Positions 31,473-36,338 of a stretch of DNA of 36,338 nt are shown piece by piece; positions within the stretch are counted from its first letter, which is position 1, and each line of letters opens with the position of its first letter. The notes under the pieces are model-generated. The model was given only the letters and a program-made list of their open reading frames with translations, did not search any database and was not told where the DNA came from. The stretch covers positions 1 through 36,338 of the forward strand of contig MRSU01007535.1 in NCBI GenBank assembly GCA_008369845.1, in the 5' to 3' direction. Source of the DNA: Trichomonas gallinae (taxonomy: Eukaryota). The position numbers and the translations under genes were made by a program.

Positions 31473-34451
31473 ATGAATGAATCATCGGATTTTTTGGAAG
31501 TAAACACAAAAAACGAGTTCATTCTTGGCAATAAAGCACCTCTTACCTTGTCTGTGAACTACCCGATATGTGCAATTGCGTTTTCATCAAATGAAATCGG
31601 AATTTACGATATTGAAAAGTATACAACTCGAAAATTGATTCGCCAAGTCGTACAAGAGCAATCATCTGTCTTATGCTCTGACATTAGTCCTGATAAATCG
31701 CTCGTAGCGACAGGAAATAGTGATGGTGAAATCATAATTTGGTCAATTGAAAGCCAAAATGTTTTAGTTACATCAAAAACGAATGATTCTGTTATGCAAA
31801 TACGATTTTTAAATCAAAACACACTCATTCACTCGGATTCTAATGGCGCAGTTTATTCTTCAACAATTTCAACAAAATTATTCAAAAAGCAAATCACAAC
31901 AGTTCAAATATACAATTTTGATCAGCCTTTAACATGTTTAGCGACATATAATTCAATAATTTACACTTCAACAAGTAATAGCACAGTTATTTTCAAAATT
32001 ACACCGCAATTCACAGTACTTTCTGAATTGGAAGACTCCACACTACTTTTTTCGTTCGTAAAAGATACAATTGCATTAGTGATTGGACATTCAGTCAGAT
32101 TCATGAATACCGAATATCAGCTGCAACGAGAAATCGATTTTAGTGGCACTCCGCAATCTATTGCCATTGTAGACAAGTCAACAACTCTTGTGATGTATAA
32201 TGGAACTCTTGAATTGGCTGTTGGACAGGAAAGATTCAAAAGTTCGGCTCCAATGGGTCTATCATATTCGATTGGAGATAAAATCATAGTTGTTGGACAG
32301 AAAATTTCAGTTTGCAAATTAGCAAGCGTCCAGGACCGTGTGAATGCTTTAATTAGAAAGGGAAAATGGGAAGACGCATTTTCTCAATTGATATCAAAAA
32401 GCGATATTAAGGATTTGAAAAAATTATTTGTTGATTATACAAAGCAAGAAAAGTTTGACACAGAAACATTAATTAAAACTGCAGAAAGATTGAATGCTAT
32501 AAATATAATTACAGAATTCCCATTCGGCGATAAAAATTCACAAATTTTAAGAAAAATCATTGAAAAGAACTATCAGGTCCCATTATCGAGGAATCTGATA
32601 GAGAAGATCTACATGCTTGAAGGACTGGACGTAAATCAAGTCAGAGTCTTCATTATGACATCTGCACTCAAAATGAATTTTATTGACACTTTATTGTCAG
32701 AAACAATTAAAAATGACAAAAAACTTGCTGGAGATTTATCGCTTTATTTTACTGGAGACTTGTACTTCGCGATTCTCATGAACCACTACAATAAATCGTG
32801 GGAAGCAGTTATTTCTCTTCTCAGGCAGTTCATCATCGATAATCCTACAAATGCGAGCATGAAAATCGCAATTGATTACTTGACGTCGCAAGATTTGAAG
32901 GAAATTACGCTAAAATATCCGAATGAAATGGACGACATCTTTTGCACAGCCATATCATTCGATATTAAGGCCCAGGAAATAGCAGAGACTGCTATGACAG
33001 TAATTGCACCTGAATCAACTTGCTGGGATTTAATTGCTTCATCAATTCTAAGCAGAAAAGTTATTATCACTAATGACAATTTTTGGATGATTTTTGATTT
33101 CATTTCTGGTGCTGGAAATAGGCTGTTCAAACTTCGCCAAGAAGCCCTCCTTGTCATTCTAAAAAGCGAAAAAGTTGATCTTAAAAAATTACTCGCTGCT
33201 GCAAAAATTGGAAATTTCGAAGCCGTCGAATTCAACATAATCCAAAAAATCGGGGAACCTGAGCTTTTAATCATGGCTATAATAGACCACAAATGCACAA
33301 CATTTGCCGATAGACTGAAACTAACAGTCAAGGACAAGCTGAATGATACATTACTCGGCTATTGTCGATGGCTTATTCGCATCAATCCACAGGAATTCAC
33401 TGATTTAGTCGTCGAAAATCAAAACATCACTTTTGTATCAAAAGTCGTCGGCACTTTACAAACAGACTCTATTTGTCACTGGCATTTCTTGAAGCACTTG
33501 TTTGCAACAGATTGGTTCTGCTATAACGCGCAGGAAAGCACTGTTTTGAGCTATATTCGATATCTAGCGAAATACGACAACAAAAAGATTGTTTACGAAA
33601 TTCCAAGAATAAAATCAGCTCCTCTCGATAAGATCCTGAAAATTGTGCTTGACAATGGAATCATTGATGCCTCTCTATTGATATGCCAGCTGATAGGTGA
33701 CTATGACAAAGCAGTACAAATTGCTACGAGTGGAATAGTCGACGCGATGATGCAGGGAGATTATGATGTTGTTAATTCTGTCACTCACTTTTTGTCGTCA
33801 TACAGTTCAGATGACTTCCAGAACATATGGATGCAGTGCTTCACGAGCTTCCAGCTCCCGCTATTCGCTTTCTACAAAGACAAAGAAAGGATAACAAACG
33901 TCGTAGACACTTTTGCTTATTTCATAAAAGTGATGACATTAGTAATAGATCCAGCTGTTGTCGCGGAAGAATTCACGAAGAGTTTCTCATTTCTACCGTT
34001 TTCTGTCGCTAAACCTATTATCTCCGCTTTCTATAATGCCATACGCGAGAGGAACGAGTTCAGCAAGACACTATATAACATAGAGAAAGATGAAGTTGTT
34101 CGTGCACAAGTAGATTATGTTCGCGATGTATTACGCGGCCGTGTAATCGATGCAAAAACGTGCGCAAAGTGCCGCAAACAACTTGGAACAGGAGATGCTG
34201 TTGTCTCCAAGTGCTGCCACGTGTTCCACGCTGAGTGTTCACTCGACTGCTGGTGCCCAATCTGCAACAGAAGGTTCGAGTTGACAGAGAAAGAAGATTT
34301 TATCACTCATTCGAAGATTCTGCGCGATTTTGATAGAAAGGAGCCAGTTGAACAGAAGATGCAGAATAAGGGTAGGCCAAAGTCCACATTACAGCTTAAA
34401 ACACCGACAATTGGTGAAGTTTGTCCTGTTAATGCTAATGAAAAATTTTAA
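31473..34451 (+). CDS. Vps8/Vps41-like HOPS/CORVET subunit (WD40 + helical solenoid + RING-H2)
   Basis: WD40 DISPDKSLVATGNSDGEIIIWSI; long helical region; C-terminal CAKC...CCHVFHAEC....CPIC RING-H2. Likely start MNESSD at 31473. Confidence 0.72.
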   Translation: MNESSDFLEVNTKNEFILGNKAPLTLSVNYPICAIAFSSNEIGIYDIEKYTTRKLIRQVVQEQSSVLCSDISPDKSLVATGNSDGEIIIWSIESQNVLVTSKTNDSVMQIRFLNQNTLIHSDSNGAVYSSTISTKLFKKQITTVQIYNFDQPLTCLATYNSIIYTSTSNSTVIFKITPQFTVLSELEDSTLLFSFVKDTIALVIGHSVRFMNTEYQLQREIDFSGTPQSIAIVDKSTTLVMYNGTLELAVGQERFKSSAPMGLSYSIGDKIIVVGQKISVCKLASVQDRVNALIRKGKWEDAFSQLISKSDIKDLKKLFVDYTKQEKFDTETLIKTAERLNAINIITEFPFGDKNSQILRKIIEKNYQVPLSRNLIEKIYMLEGLDVNQVRVFIMTSALKMNFIDTLLSETIKNDKKLAGDLSLYFTGDLYFAILMNHYNKSWEAVISLLRQFIIDNPTNASMKIAIDYLTSQDLKEITLKYPNEMDDIFCTAISFDIKAQEIAETAMTVIAPESTCWDLIASSILSRKVIITNDNFWMIFDFISGAGNRLFKLRQEALLVILKSEKVDLKKLLAAAKIGNFEAVEFNIIQKIGEPELLIMAIIDHKCTTFADRLKLTVKDKLNDTLLGYCRWLIRINPQEFTDLVVENQNITFVSKVVGTLQTDSICHWHFLKHLFATDWFCYNAQESTVLSYIRYLAKYDNKKIVYEIPRIKSAPLDKILKIVLDNGIIDASLLICQLIGDYDKAVQIATSGIVDAMMQGDYDVVNSVTHFLSSYSSDDFQNIWMQCFTSFQLPLFAFYKDKERITNVVDTFAYFIKVMTLVIDPAVVAEEFTKSFSFLPFSVAKPIISAFYNAIRERNEFSKTLYNIEKDEVVRAQVDYVRDVLRGRVIDAKTCAKCRKQLGTGDAVVSKCCHVFHAECSLDCWCPICNRRFELTEKEDFITHSKILRDFDRKEPVEQKMQNKGRPKSTLQLKTPTIGEVCPVNANEKF

Positions 34452-34913
34452 TTTTTGTTTTCTAAATATTTTGCTTATGAAATCTGATTATTTTTCATGC
34501 AATAACTCATTTCATTATAACTAATTTCCAAATCATAAAATAATATTTCAAAAAATTCAAAACAATATTTAAACAAGTTTCTATGAAATATATTGATTTA
34601 ACACCAATAACTAAATTATTTATATCGAATTGGCATGGATAACTAAACTTTTTATTAAAAAGCTAATTTATCGAATTAAAATAGAGTTTAACTTTTTTAT
34701 ATTGAGAATTTTAAATATATTATATGTATATTTTCTTTTCTTACCTATTTTATAGTATTTATAGATCTTTTGTCGTTAATTACATCTAAAATTAATGAAA
34801 TATGAATTTTATGATATATTTCTTGACATATATTAATGCTAATGGAAAGAATAATGATTTGATCTTTAAACAAGAAAAAAAAATCAATCATGAATTTATT
34901 TACAACAAACATT

Positions 34914-36233
34914 TTATTTCTTCCATTGCTTAACGAATGTTCTTGGCAACTTGACCATTTCTCTTGTGATTCCGCTCAAGTTGAGTGTGAACTCGAGCTG
35001 CATTATTGGCTTGTTGATGGACAAATCGATTGTCTTCATAGAAGAGATTAGGACAGCTTTTACTTCATCCATGGAGTTGACGTGGCTGACAAAATCGCTG
35101 ATGTTGTTGTTCGTTGGATAAGGAAGAGATTTTACATGCAAATAATTTGGTTCATACAATAATTTGTTCGAAACATAAGGTTTGCAGTTCGAAGGATCAT
35201 ATAACTTCATAAAATTCTTTTCTGCTATGAAACACGCCATAGAACGTGTCGCTGAACATGTTATTGATGAATAATTATCATCAACTGCAAGAACTGTTTG
35301 GTTTTGATGACTATATAGTTTAGGAGCTTTGTATGATACTGGAATCATGAATATTTGTGATTTAGTGAACTCTTTTAAGTTAAGAATTTGAGAATCTGAA
35401 TCGAAATTAACTTGGCAGAATATAATGAGATCTGCCTGCTGTGCGAGAATTGAGGAATGATGCTCATCGATAGTATCTCCGAATGTGAAATCGTCGCAGC
35501 AGTAGATAAGGAAGTGAGAAGAAAAGAATACGGGCATTGTCTTAAATCCAAAGAAGAACATGACGTTGAATGAATCATCACCGAGTATGTCTTTGCTAAA
35601 CTTATGAAAATCAAGAACAAAGAAGACTTTCAGATTTTTTGCGCAAATTTCTTTGGAAACATAGTAAATCTCATCATCTATCTTCGAAAAATATTCTTTC
35701 AGCTGGTTTTCATCTGATATACACATGTAATCACTGCTTCCAATCAATTTTTCTGGCATCGGAAAAATTATTGCAGGCTTAGCATTGGCTTGGACGAATA
35801 AATCAATGAAATTCAGGAATATCTGCTTGAAAAACTGTGTATCAGCGAAGAATGAAACGACAGCTTTCGGTGGCGGAATTTGGAGATTTCCAAAAGGATG
35901 AGTTATGACTGTGCATTTTTGCGCAAGGCTGAATGCAGTGAGATTCATGTAATTTCCGAGAATTAGAGACTGCGGAGTCATGATAATTCGATCGATTGAT
36001 TTTTTATTGAAAAGATATTGTATTTTTGATAGCGAATATACTTCTATACCATTCTCATACAACGATCCACACATTGATGCCGGATATTTCGTTTCACTAA
36101 ATAATAAATCGGGAGAAATAAAGCCTACTATGTCGTACCTATCGTCATTCTTGTATATGGCATTAAATATGTGGATTGCTGATGCATCATATCCAAAAAT
36201 AGCGACTTTCACTCTTTGATAGACAAGAGTCAT
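34914..36233 (-). CDS. Divergent homologue of the prokaryotic cyclic 2,3-diphosphoglycerate synthetase-like predicted GTPase family (COG2403-type), P-loop degenerate
   Basis: KVAIFG...IHIFNAIYKNDDRYDIVGF...KYPASMCGSLYENGIEVY parallels the recalled family N-terminus RVIIMGAAGRDFHNFN..FRDNP.YEVVAF...RYP.ELAG.LYP.GIPIY. VLAVDD parallels VLVVED. Confidence 0.65.
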   Translation of the reverse strand: MTLVYQRVKVAIFGYDASAIHIFNAIYKNDDRYDIVGFISPDLLFSETKYPASMCGSLYENGIEVYSLSKIQYLFNKKSIDRIIMTPQSLILGNYMNLTAFSLAQKCTVITHPFGNLQIPPPKAVVSFFADTQFFKQIFLNFIDLFVQANAKPAIIFPMPEKLIGSSDYMCISDENQLKEYFSKIDDEIYYVSKEICAKNLKVFFVLDFHKFSKDILGDDSFNVMFFFGFKTMPVFFSSHFLIYCCDDFTFGDTIDEHHSSILAQQADLIIFCQVNFDSDSQILNLKEFTKSQIFMIPVSYKAPKLYSHQNQTVLAVDDNYSSITCSATRSMACFIAEKNFMKLYDPSNCKPYVSNKLLYEPNYLHVKSLPYPTNNNISDFVSHVNSMDEVKAVLISSMKTIDLSINKPIMQLEFTLNLSGITREMVKLPRTFVKQWKK

Positions 36234-36242
36234 AATATTCTG

Positions 36243-36266
36243 AAAAAAAAATTAAAAAAGAAAAAA
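36243..36266 (-). terminator. RNA polymerase III oligo-T terminator tracts downstream of tRNA-Asp
   Basis: Minus strand reads TTTTTT-C-TTTTTT-AA-T9 starting 2 nt after the discriminator base. Confidence 0.75.
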
Positions 36267-36267
36267 G

Positions 36268-36338
36268 CTCGGTCACCGGGAATCGAACCCGGATCAAAAG
36301 AACGACAATCTTACATGATAACCATTACACTATGACCG
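36268..36338 (-). tRNA. tRNA-Asp (GTC); 5' nucleotide cut off by window edge
   Basis: Reverse complement folds as acceptor (T)CGGTCA/TGACCGA, D-loop containing TGG, anticodon arm AAGA-TTGTCGT-TCTT, T-arm CCGGG-TTCGATT-CCCGG, discriminator G. Confidence 0.93.

Noticed and set aside
1..36338. Transposable elements (Maverick, mariner, Mutator)
   Set aside because: No transposase, integrase or DNA polymerase ORFs and no long terminal inverted repeats recognised.

Overview
AT-rich eukaryotic DNA with compact, apparently intronless genes, Inr-like TCA(C/T)T elements just upstream of ATGs, stop codons fused to TAAA, BspA-type LRR and ankyrin genes, and several prokaryote-like enzymes. This fits a trichomonad such as Trichomonas vaginalis (inferred, not verified). 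About 15 intact CDSs: MAGE/Nse3-like, aldose 1-epimerase family, Old Yellow Enzyme-type oxidoreductase, Vps39/Vps3-like, Vps8-like, GT61 glycosyltransferase, MFS sugar porter, ankyrin protein, coiled-coil and hypothetical proteins. There is also a frameshifted bacterial-type PARG gene, several pseudogenes and a tRNA-Asp(GTC) at the right edge. Most notable: (1) a 191-aa 'mini-G-alpha' pseudo-GTPase with no helical domain and a degenerate P-loop; (2) a P-loop-dead homologue of the prokaryotic cyclic 2,3-diphosphoglycerate synthetase-like GTPase family, 34 nt downstream of the tRNA; (3) a recurring TGACA-based cis-element grammar in intergenic DNA, including phased and palindromic arrays; (4) a ~120-bp two-unit degenerate tandem array. 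All family calls come from motif recognition by eye; no searches were run.
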